Below, in pieces: positions 29,239 to 38,229 of a stretch of 53,536 nucleotides of DNA. Origin of the DNA: a bacterium (lineage in GTDB: Bacteria > SZUA-182 > DTGQ01 > JAFGSM01); assembly GCA_049472355.1 (NCBI GenBank), contig JBLIRP010000014.1, positions 1 through 53,536 of the forward strand, given 5' to 3'. The notes under the pieces are model-generated. The model was not told where the DNA came from, did no database searches, and saw only the letters and a program-made list of their open reading frames with translations. How positions within the stretch are numbered: the stretch's first letter is position 1; every line of letters begins with the position of its first letter. A program made the position numbers and the translations under genes.

Positions 29239-29756
29239 TATTGATAATGACTATTACTAAGAATTAAACGCTTAATCCAATAACTGATTCAGGTATGATT
29301 ACTATTTGGTATGAAAAAACATTCAACATAAACAAATCAGAAATATTATTTTAAGCATAATAATTTTTACGATCGATTGCTGGAGTCATGCTCACTCAGG
29401 TTATATTATTCGCTATTTCGATTTAGCTTTTTAGAACAATCTACTGCAATGGCTCAGGATAATAAGACTTCTCGTATACCCTATCCATCTTGTCAAGACA
29501 TACACATAAGATATAAGAGAGTCCGGAGTGCACGTCATTTAAAAAATCATGGTGCCCAAGGGTTCAAGAGATAAGACTCTGAGCCATTTTTAAAATATGC
29601 ATTGATTTTTGCCTTTCTTGGGACCATGGTGTTTGACGATTAATACAAACATTCATTGAGATATTAATCGACTTTTCTCAGCTAACGTTTTTATGCCTTA
29701 AAGTATCTGCCAAGACGCAAAACGATAGAAATAAAACTTTTTCAAATATACTTGTA

Positions 29757-30671
29757 TCAAATGATCTTATCCTTTGATAAGAGTTCATTGGTCTTCAAAA
29801 GACTCTGTATTACTTCAAAATAGTACGGCTTCTCTTTAAGACTGGCATATGTTCCCGGATAATAGACTAGGCTGATATTTATGGTAGCATCCTCCCATCC
29901 ATCAAGCGTAATTGCACAACGTTGATCATATGAAAGCCGAGTGTTATCGATCATTGGAAAATCAAAGAAGCCAACCCAGAAACTGGCAGTGACCGATTCT
30001 TCAATATCTTCTAAATCATGGCTTTCATATTTTCTCACCTCCAAATTAACCCTCACTTCTTTTGTATCAGGATTAATATCTGTTACTTCAATCGTAAAAT
30101 TTCTATTAACGTCATCTAATGATAGATCCTCCTGGATAAATGGTTCAAGATTTCGAGTGTTTGGATCCATCGTGTCGGAGAGAAATTGCAGGCTTTCGAT
30201 ATCAATTGTCCTGGAGATCTTTTTCCCAGCGCCTTCCAAAATCAACATCTGTTTGCTTGTGATTTCTCTTGCCACTTTATCCAGCCTCGTAAGGTATTCT
30301 TGATTTTGGCCTAATTCCTTTCGCAAATCCAAAAAAAGGGGCTTAAGATTTAGAGATTCATGAAAATTGTAAACAAGGAGTTCAAGATTCAACAGCCTTT
30401 TATTGGGTGAATCCAGTGTGCTCGATCCAGGTTTAAGAAAGTCATCAATGATGCGGCTAAACATGTCCTTTCTGAGAGAACTCTCGGAATCCTCTCTTTT
30501 GCTCATTAATTCAGAATAGAGCAAGGCCCGCATCTCAATTTGTTTCATCCGTTCGAGGGTTCTTGACCCGAAGAATCCAACAAGTGCTACGGTCACCGCA
30601 GCAAAAAAACCACCCACAGGTTTCAGAATAATATCTGCCTTATTCCATCTGTCTCTTGACTTCGTTTGCAT
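29757..30671 (-). CDS. Hypothetical protein with N-terminal TM anchor
   Basis: Long ORF, one TM (VGGFFAAVTVALVGFFG), abuts the upstream gene. Confidence 0.75.
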   Translation of the reverse strand: MQTKSRDRWNKADIILKPVGGFFAAVTVALVGFFGSRTLERMKQIEMRALLYSELMSKREDSESSLRKDMFSRIIDDFLKPGSSTLDSPNKRLLNLELLVYNFHESLNLKPLFLDLRKELGQNQEYLTRLDKVAREITSKQMLILEGAGKKISRTIDIESLQFLSDTMDPNTRNLEPFIQEDLSLDDVNRNFTIEVTDINPDTKEVRVNLEVRKYESHDLEDIEESVTASFWVGFFDFPMIDNTRLSYDQRCAITLDGWEDATINISLVYYPGTYASLKEKPYYFEVIQSLLKTNELLSKDKII

Positions 30672-30672
30672 G

Positions 30673-31011
30673 CTATTCCCTCCTTAGATAATATGCCCCT
30701 TGTCGATCCCTTTCCAAAACGAAATTGTATTCCACTGAATTTTTATACGACTGTATCTCAAACTCCGGGGATTGATTATGATAATTCTCGAGTATGAATC
30801 TGCATCGTCCAGTCTGCCTAATGGTCAAACGATAGGAACCAAACCTGTCAGTCTTTGTGGTATACACCTTGTTGCCTTCGGGAATAACCTTAATCAGGAC
30901 CCCTTCTTCGATTGGTCTTCCACCAACCTTGATGGTTCCGCGAACTGAACCTGCTAAGAGAAGGGAGGGGTAAAGCAAAAAAATTGCAGTTATTGCGATT
31001 ATCCTTTTCAT
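30673..31011 (-). CDS. Small secreted carboxypeptidase-regulatory-like beta-sandwich protein
   Basis: Signal peptide; VRGTIKV..TKTDRFGSYRL. Confidence 0.7.
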   Translation of the reverse strand: MKRIIAITAIFLLYPSLLLAGSVRGTIKVGGRPIEEGVLIKVIPEGNKVYTTKTDRFGSYRLTIRQTGRCRFILENYHNQSPEFEIQSYKNSVEYNFVLERDRQGAYYLRRE

Positions 31012-31276
31012 TGCATATTCTCCTGAAGTTCACTGAGTTGAAATAGGTTAGTTTAAATATTCAACAAGTTAGTCAAATCCATCGATACTCTTTTTCATGC
31101 AAATTAAAAGGCTGCATGAATGGCCAAGTCAGGCATCTTGGTATAGATTTTATCTCGTTATTCTATTCACCTCGTTTGTATATGATGTCCTATGAGAATT
31201 AACATCACAAAATGCTATAGCCTCATGAAAAGCAGCAGGTTATTTATGAAGATAGGATTCTTGCCTTCACGCATAA

Positions 31277-32047
31277 TTAGGCCCACATAGGAATGACGTT
31301 ACCGCCGGCGGAATTGTTGCTTTCCGCAAGCCGTTCCGCATAGGCATTGGACATCGCCCTGAATATATTTTCGTCAATGGCACCGATGAGATGAAAGAGG
31401 CTCCCGAACGCGCCGAGATTTAATGTATGGCCTGCCTCATGATTCATATGCCAGTTGCTCGATGCCTTATCCACAAAGGAAAAGTTGCCCATATTGAATG
31501 CCGTGTCGAGGGGATTCAGGTTTCCGACGAGCCCACCCTTCATAAAGAAGGTTCCTGTCTTCCAATCAGCCTTTAAGCCCTTTATTTTCAAATATTCAAC
31601 GCTGAAGCCGGTAATCAAGGCAAGTATCAGGTTGATGACATAGAAGAGTAAGCCAATCGCAATAATTAACCAGGACATGGGGAGTATCCATATGAGCCAG
31701 CCAAAGAAGCCTTGAAAGACTTCGCCTTGAGAAAGAAAGGAAAAGACAGTGAGGGCATTCCATACCCCAAAGGCACTGCCGATTGATATCGCTGCCGGCA
31801 ATTCCATGAACAAATTGCACAGAGTAAAGGCCACGATGACGTTCAAAGCCGCATTCATGCCGATCAGCCAACCCCGCATCATTTCGCCGAAACGGTTCAT
31901 CGCGGTGAATCGGGCAATAATATAGAATATGATTGACTCAGCAACAACAATACCCAACAGCCAGTAACTGATGCCAACCCCGAAATAGGCCCCGACGTTC
32001 GCTCCTGCGCCCAATAATAGTCCTAGAAAGGCCATACCTGTACTCAT
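31277..32047 (-). CDS. Polytopic membrane protein with HExxH motif
   Basis: About 5 TM, then AFNMGNF..HEAGHTLNLGAFG..AYAERLAES; ATG at 32047 after GAGGAGG. Confidence 0.78.
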   Translation of the reverse strand: MSTGMAFLGLLLGAGANVGAYFGVGISYWLLGIVVAESIIFYIIARFTAMNRFGEMMRGWLIGMNAALNVIVAFTLCNLFMELPAAISIGSAFGVWNALTVFSFLSQGEVFQGFFGWLIWILPMSWLIIAIGLLFYVINLILALITGFSVEYLKIKGLKADWKTGTFFMKGGLVGNLNPLDTAFNMGNFSFVDKASSNWHMNHEAGHTLNLGAFGSLFHLIGAIDENIFRAMSNAYAERLAESNNSAGGNVIPMWA

Positions 32048-32259
32048 AATGTTCCTCCTCTTCAAGTCGTGTTCTTGGTTTTTGGCCACAAGATGGTTTG
32101 AGCATTCAAGCTTAAACCAGACAGATCGGTTCACTTTTTGGATCAATCCGCGATTATATGTGAAGTCCCAGATTATGCATGAGATAATGTGAACGGATAA
32201 GATACGTTCGGAACAGAGACTAAACCACTCTCCATCATTCGCAGGCAAGATCTATGTCG

Positions 32260-32622
32260 CTATATGCGTGCTATAAGCCAGAATACGAGTCCCCCGAGGC
32301 CACCCGAGCCGATCGTTATAAAAAATAACCACCACGGCATAAAGAAAAGAACCCTTATATCACCTTTAAGCTTCCCCTCGGAAACAGCGGCTTTGCCTCC
32401 AATGGAGATGACGATCCTCCATCGAGTTGCCAAGCCAACTATTGTAAAGACCAGAAAGCCAAAACATCCTCCGAAGATAAAGGATGCATATCCGGGAGCA
32501 AGGGCATTCTGACCTGTTTGGACGCTTGTAATGATACCTCCAACGACGGCTGCTACAAGGACAAGGACATAAACAAAGACTGACCAACCCCAGTTCAATT
32601 TTATGGGTTGCGTTTGAGACAT
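32260..32622 (-). CDS. 3-TM membrane protein
   Basis: Hydrophobic segments; GGAGG upstream of ATG at 32622. Confidence 0.7.
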   Translation of the reverse strand: MSQTQPIKLNWGWSVFVYVLVLVAAVVGGIITSVQTGQNALAPGYASFIFGGCFGFLVFTIVGLATRWRIVISIGGKAAVSEGKLKGDIRVLFFMPWWLFFITIGSGGLGGLVFWLIARI

Positions 32623-32917
32623 TTCCCTACCTCCTCTCTCAAACATGACACTGAGTGAACTGCTATAGAAAAGAACCTATTATGAAATACTTCGTGAAGA
32701 GGTCGAGCCGTCAATTGTGTGTGGAGGGGGGGCAGAAAATTCCTCTGAGAGGTCTAGATTTGAAGTGGCATATAATCTCAAAAATAAGATACTCCAGATA
32801 CTAAACATTGTCAATTCAGATATCGATTGACTGGAGGTGAATTAAACGATATGTTTTAAACAAAATCAAAACTCAGGGTATAACGATTCCCAGGCATCTT
32901 TTAGGGGAGGGTTGAAA

Positions 32918-33283
32918 ATGGGTATTCTCATTGGGGTATTACTTATCGTAGGGGTGATAGGACTGATTGGCATTGACATATGGCTCGTCTCCGATAAGGT
33001 TACAGGAAACACCTTCAGCGAAATGCTGCGTGAAGGAGCAAAACTGACAACGTTTTTCCCCTTCAGCGTGGCGATATTAATTGGTCGTTGGTTCCATCCG
33101 GTGGACAATCTTAAACCTTTATTAGGTCTCTACTCCATTCCGGTATTGATGATTATCTCTTATACCATCGTTGTCTTAGGTGATATTCTGAAGAAAAAGG
33201 GACACCCGATCCCTTCATGGATCGTGGTTATCGTCGGCATCATTGTCGGAGCTCTATGCGTTCCGGTTACCTTTTCATTGTAA
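32918..33283 (+). CDS. 4-TM membrane protein with W-x-HPVDNL motif (paralogue A)
   Basis: GGGGAGG RBS; GRWFHPVDNL. Confidence 0.75.
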   Translation: MGILIGVLLIVGVIGLIGIDIWLVSDKVTGNTFSEMLREGAKLTTFFPFSVAILIGRWFHPVDNLKPLLGLYSIPVLMIISYTIVVLGDILKKKGHPIPSWIVVIVGIIVGALCVPVTFSL

Positions 33284-33322
33284 TGAGCAATCCATTATCG
33301 ATTCAAAAAAAGGGGTGAAAGA

Positions 33323-33685
33323 ATGAGTAAACGCATTGTTGCTCTGATCGGTTTGAGCCTGGGGCCTTTGGTTCTTATCCTATTGGATGTCATTTTCGCC
33401 AAGAATATCGAGCCCGGTGGTTTTGTTTACCAATTAAAAATTGCAGGACGCTTTTGCACCTTCATATCCTGGCCTGCAGGGGTTTTGATGGGACATTGGT
33501 ATCATCCGGTGGATAATCTGAGGGCGATAATCAAAACGCCGTGGAATTATATTACCCTGGGGATTATCTCTATCGTCATATTCACGTTGGGTGCCGTGCT
33601 CCTCTATGGGTTCGATATATCGTATCCGCAATGGATTACCGTGCTGGTTAGCCTTGTTGCTGGCTCTCTGCTCTGGCCGGTGTGA
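33323..33685 (+). CDS. 4-TM membrane protein with W-x-HPVDNL motif (paralogue B)
   Basis: GHWYHPVDNL; same size and hydropathy layout as paralogue A. Confidence 0.75.
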   Translation: MSKRIVALIGLSLGPLVLILLDVIFAKNIEPGGFVYQLKIAGRFCTFISWPAGVLMGHWYHPVDNLRAIIKTPWNYITLGIISIVIFTLGAVLLYGFDISYPQWITVLVSLVAGSLLWPV

Positions 33686-33857
33686 TCAAGGGCCTGACCA
33701 GTGCGACACATAAGGCCTTTTCTTCCTTCTCACCGCTCATGGGGAAAAGGGTAAGGTATTCGAGGCCCTGACCTTTGCTGAGATACTTCAGCAAACGCGA
33801 TCCTGGTGAATAAGAGTCTGAAAAAATGGTCAAGGAGTCTTCTCCCTGGAACTGACG

Positions 33858-34358
33858 CTATGGGAGCCCAAATAACTTTCTTATACTAATCAAAATCGGC
33901 AGTGCCTTTGATGCAAGCGGTACAATTTTATTGGCAAAGTCGGTTGCCTTTTCCCCAATTTTTTGTAGTCTTTCCATGAGCTTCCCTGCTTTATCCAAAT
34001 ATCCTTCAATCGTTTGCGCCTTTTTATGAGGTACCTCCTGTCTCGGAGGTATGGCATCAGCCTCTTCTTTTACTGATTTCAACTCATCCATCCTCCGTGT
34101 CATCTCATCGAGAATCTCCTTCCTTTGATTTTCAGCAAGCCCTTCTATTGTTTCAATGTGCGATTGCATGTGTTTCATTATTGTACTGAGTTCATGTATA
34201 TTTGAAACAAATGCATCTTTGTCTTCTTCTCTCTTAAATCCATATTGTATGGTGGTACTTTTGTCAGTGATGGTGATTTTATCACCTGAGACAATGTCTC
34301 CTCCCACACTGAAATTGCCTCCAATGTTGCCGATATGTAAGTTGTTTTTTTTGCCCAT
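33858..34358 (-). CDS. Small helical protein with N-terminal amyloid-like motif shared with the upstream NLR
   Basis: ATG at 34358; LHIGNIGGNFSVGGDIVSGDKITI, then predicted helices and an amphipathic C-terminus. Confidence 0.8.
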   Translation of the reverse strand: MGKKNNLHIGNIGGNFSVGGDIVSGDKITITDKSTTIQYGFKREEDKDAFVSNIHELSTIMKHMQSHIETIEGLAENQRKEILDEMTRRMDELKSVKEEADAIPPRQEVPHKKAQTIEGYLDKAGKLMERLQKIGEKATDFANKIVPLASKALPILISIRKLFGLP

Positions 34359-34377
34359 CTTCTCATTCTCCCTTCCC

Positions 34378-37300
34378 TTATATAATACCGTATTTCTTCT
34401 TCTCATTCTTAGTTAACATACGAACGTTTCCTCGAATCCTTTTGTGGTTAATATATTTCAATACTTCATGATAATCACCCGGCCATGTCCTAACCGTCTC
34501 ATCTTTTGAGGCAGTGACGATCAGCGTCCCGTCCGGTGAAAATACGGCGGCATCGAGTCCGTCTTTATGCCCCTTAAGTACATAAAGCAACTGACCTGAG
34601 TCGGCAGCCCAGATACATGCAGTCTTATCCTCCGATGCAGTGATCACCCGTTTCCCGTCCGGAGAGAAAACGGCACTATTGACGATGTTTGTATGTTCAC
34701 TCAGAACATGAATGAGCCGCCCTGAGGCGACATCCCAGATGCGTGCTGTTTTGTCCCAGGATGCGGTGACGACACGCTTTCCGTTCATCGAAAACACGGC
34801 GCTCATAACTAAATCCATGTGCCCTTTCAAGACATGAATTTCCCGGCCGGTTGTTGCATCCCAAATATGGCTGTTCATCTCTTCTTCGGATAAGGTGAGG
34901 ATGTGTTTCCCGTCGCGTGAAAACATCACGCTGCTGACAAGGCCCTCGTGTCCATCAAGGATATAAAGTCCCTGATACGTACAAGCATCCCAAATCCGAA
35001 CCCTTTTATAGGATGCCGTTGCCATAAGCTTCCCGTCAGGAGAAAAGACAACCCTCCTGACAGGCCCTTCGTGCTCATCAAGGATGCATCGTTCCAAACC
35101 TGTATCAACATCCCAAATACGTGCTGTTTTATCCTTGGATGCAGTGATGATATGCCTTCCGTCAGGAGAAAAGGCGGCATCCAAGAGCGAATCCTTGTGC
35201 CCCTCGAAGACGTGAATTTTTTTACCGGTTGCGACATGCCAGAGTTGGGCAGTTTTGTCATGGGATGCGGTAACCACATAATCTCCGTCGGGTGAAAAGG
35301 CGGCAATGACAACTGAGCCACTGTGCCCTTTCAAAACATGACATGGAAGACCGGTGGCCACATCCCAAATCCGGGCACTTTCATCATACGATGCAGTAAC
35401 AATCCGTTTCCCATCCGGCGAAAACGTGTCTGCCGACAATGTATCCGCCCGCTCCTTCAGGATATGAATGTATTGTCCTGCAGCGGTACACCAAATTCGA
35501 GCAGTATTATCCTTCGATGCAGTAGCTACCCACTTCCCGTCAGGAGAATAGTCAGTACTCGTGACAGGGGCTGTGTGGCCTATCAAGATATGGCATTCCT
35601 GACCGGTCATGGCATCCCAAATCCTTCCGGTATTATCCGCGGATACCGTGATGACCTGCCTCCCGTCTGGCGAAAAAGCGGCCTGATTCACGGGATCCGT
35701 GTGTCCATTCAGCACATGAATTTGCTGACCAGTGGCAATATCCCATATCCGGGCGGTGTTATCCTTCGACGCAGTGATGACCTGCTTTCCATCCGGAGAA
35801 AACACCGCCTGCACTATCGGGGCTGTATGTCTTTTCAAGATATGGATTTGCCGGCCGGCGGAAACATCCCAAACCCGAGCGGTGTTATCATGAGATCCAG
35901 TGGCGACGTACCTTCCATCCGGAGAAAAGGAAGCGGTCGTGACGGAGGCTGTATGCCCCTGCAAAACGTGAACCTGTTTGCCTGTAGCTACGTCCCAAAT
36001 GCGCGCAGTAGTGTCTCCTGACGTGGTTATGACCGCTTCCCCGTCAGGTGAAAATTCGGCACTTGAGAGGGAATCCGTATGCCCTCTCAGCACATGGACC
36101 TGCCCCCCCCTGGCAAGGTCCCAAATACGTGCCGTCTTGTCCCATGATGCAGTTGCTACCCACACTCCGTCCGGCGAAAACTTTGCGCTGCTTACAAAAT
36201 CAGTGTGTCCTTCAAGAATGTGGAGTTGCCGCCCCGTGGCTGCATCCCAAATCCTGGCGGTCTTATCAAGGGATGAGGTAACAATATATGTTCCGTCATG
36301 TGAAAACGCCGCCATGATAATTGAGGCCGTATGCCCTTGTAAAACATGAAGTTGATGGCCAGTAATGGCATTCCAAATCCGAGCGGTTTTATCGTGAGAA
36401 CCGGTTGCAATACGTTTTCCATTTGGAGAAAAAACGACGATAGTAACCTCAGCAGTATGACCCTCCGCCGTATTGTGCAGGGGATATTCAAGCGGGGGCA
36501 CGATAGCCTTTTGTGCGCTGAAGGTCGGCCAGATACTTATGGCAGCCTCAGCCAAACGAAAACTAAGGCTCGGATCCGTTTTCAGTGTCTGTGAGGCAAG
36601 TGCTGCCAACTTGCGGGAATCCGATATCTTTTGCTTTTGGAAGTATTTATATCCGAACACACACGCAGCCAAGAGAAAGAGAAAAAATGGTACGCAAATC
36701 TGGAGGATGTGTCTTCTATATGCCCTTTGACTATCCTCAAGGAGTTTTTTATCTTCATCTCCGAGCGTGATTATCCACTTTTGGATTATACGCACTTGTC
36801 TCTTATTCAAGAGGCTTCCGGAGCTTTTCCATTCGGCTATTCCACGTTTCAGCGTCTCTTGTGCCCTCTTTCGATTCATTTCCCGTTCATCGAGCCATTC
36901 CTGGATCTTTTTGACCATGAAATCGTGCGAGAGGGAATAGCTTGCATCCTCTCCTTCCCCTCGCATTTCTATCACACGTGCATCCTCTAACCGTATAATC
37001 AAGTCTTTGATAAGTGGTGAATCTTTGATATCAGGCAAACCATCCTGAATTTCTCTCAACGAGACAAATTTTCGGGTTCCCGTGGTCTCAATCATCAGCT
37101 TCAGCATGGAACGGACGATATTGGTTTTTTTGGGATCCTGGACTATCTCTTCGACGCAATGGTCCAAATAATCCTGCAAGATACCTTGGGCGCCTCCCAG
37201 TTCCTCGTAGAGATCACGATCAATTTCCACCACTCGACATGTCTTTAACCTTTTTTTGGCCGCAAAAAAGAGACGATTACAGACAATTTGCAGGTGAGGG

Positions 37301-38145
37301 GGCTCGACCTGTTCAGTCCCTGCGCCACCTCCCATGAGACCAGGGATGAGTATTTCATTGACAAATCTGATGTTATAGCCGATATTGTATATATATCTCA
37401 AAGGTTCGACTATGGCATCCCGGGCCTCTTCTCTATTCAAAGGGTGAAGGTGGTAACGGGCACATTCGTTTAAAAACATGGGAATTACTGCCTCGAATTC
37501 CCTTACAAACTGGCCAAAAAAATCCTGGCGAATCGAAAACACAAAATTCATCTCTTCAGCGCTCAGATCGCTATCCATGCATGCCTTAAATTCTTTGATA
37601 AATAGGTCTCTATGATCGACGTTCACATTTGTGAAAAATCTCTCAAACTGGTCCAGCACCAGCACGAGTCGACTTTTTTGCCGGTGACTGATCGCCCAGA
37701 GGATCTGCAGGAGAGAAAGTAGATCCGTCCCTTCCAGTTTAAATTCTTTGTGCCGTGCGAAATACTCGCGTAATTGCCGCATAGGATCGGCATAATCGCG
37801 AAACCTTACGAAAAAATAGCCATTTTCAGCCAAATGTGGGATGAGTCCTGCATTGATCAGAGAGGTCTTGCCGGCACCAGATTGGCCATTAATAATCAAT
37901 GTCTTATGGCGCGGGATGTGCCCTGCAAGTTCTTCAATGACTCCTGTGCGACCAAAAAAAATAAATCGATCCGAGATATCATAAGAGGCCAAAAACTTAT
38001 ACGGCGCTGTAATGATCTTCTGTGCAGCCTGGTGGATGATATTGTGAATGACGACCTTGTTCCCCGCAACAATATCCCCGCTGACCTTAAAATCCCTGCC
38101 TACATCGCCGATCTGAAGGCCCTTGCCGGTATGCTCTTTGGACAT
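34378..38145 (-). CDS. NLR-like receptor: N-terminal motif, nSTAND1 NTPase, TM helix, 16 WD40 repeats
   Basis: APYKFLASY..FFGR, GQSGAGKTS, LVLDQFERFF, PPHLQIVC, YSLSHD; TM ICVPFFLFLLAACVFGY; GH..V..A.FSPDG..TAS.D.TARIWD repeats; start at 38145 or 38157. Confidence 0.93.
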   Translation of the reverse strand: MSKEHTGKGLQIGDVGRDFKVSGDIVAGNKVVIHNIIHQAAQKIITAPYKFLASYDISDRFIFFGRTGVIEELAGHIPRHKTLIINGQSGAGKTSLINAGLIPHLAENGYFFVRFRDYADPMRQLREYFARHKEFKLEGTDLLSLLQILWAISHRQKSRLVLVLDQFERFFTNVNVDHRDLFIKEFKACMDSDLSAEEMNFVFSIRQDFFGQFVREFEAVIPMFLNECARYHLHPLNREEARDAIVEPLRYIYNIGYNIRFVNEILIPGLMGGGAGTEQVEPPHLQIVCNRLFFAAKKRLKTCRVVEIDRDLYEELGGAQGILQDYLDHCVEEIVQDPKKTNIVRSMLKLMIETTGTRKFVSLREIQDGLPDIKDSPLIKDLIIRLEDARVIEMRGEGEDASYSLSHDFMVKKIQEWLDEREMNRKRAQETLKRGIAEWKSSGSLLNKRQVRIIQKWIITLGDEDKKLLEDSQRAYRRHILQICVPFFLFLLAACVFGYKYFQKQKISDSRKLAALASQTLKTDPSLSFRLAEAAISIWPTFSAQKAIVPPLEYPLHNTAEGHTAEVTIVVFSPNGKRIATGSHDKTARIWNAITGHQLHVLQGHTASIIMAAFSHDGTYIVTSSLDKTARIWDAATGRQLHILEGHTDFVSSAKFSPDGVWVATASWDKTARIWDLARGGQVHVLRGHTDSLSSAEFSPDGEAVITTSGDTTARIWDVATGKQVHVLQGHTASVTTASFSPDGRYVATGSHDNTARVWDVSAGRQIHILKRHTAPIVQAVFSPDGKQVITASKDNTARIWDIATGQQIHVLNGHTDPVNQAAFSPDGRQVITVSADNTGRIWDAMTGQECHILIGHTAPVTSTDYSPDGKWVATASKDNTARIWCTAAGQYIHILKERADTLSADTFSPDGKRIVTASYDESARIWDVATGLPCHVLKGHSGSVVIAAFSPDGDYVVTASHDKTAQLWHVATGKKIHVFEGHKDSLLDAAFSPDGRHIITASKDKTARIWDVDTGLERCILDEHEGPVRRVVFSPDGKLMATASYKRVRIWDACTYQGLYILDGHEGLVSSVMFSRDGKHILTLSEEEMNSHIWDATTGREIHVLKGHMDLVMSAVFSMNGKRVVTASWDKTARIWDVASGRLIHVLSEHTNIVNSAVFSPDGKRVITASEDKTACIWAADSGQLLYVLKGHKDGLDAAVFSPDGTLIVTASKDETVRTWPGDYHEVLKYINHKRIRGNVRMLTKNEKKKYGII
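34480..36465 (-). repeat. WD40 tandem array, 16 units of about 126 bp
   Basis: Units counted in the translation. Confidence 0.85.
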
Positions 38146-38229
38146 TGCCTGGATCATCTCGCTTAATTGGTGTGCTCTGAAAATAGAATAATATTTATTC
38201 TTTGTAGCGCCACAAGGTGGCATGATTAT

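Noticed and set aside
34480..36465. Periodic DNA repeats as CRISPR or DGR repeats
   Set aside because: They are in-frame WD40 coding repeats; no reverse transcriptase or cas genes in the window.
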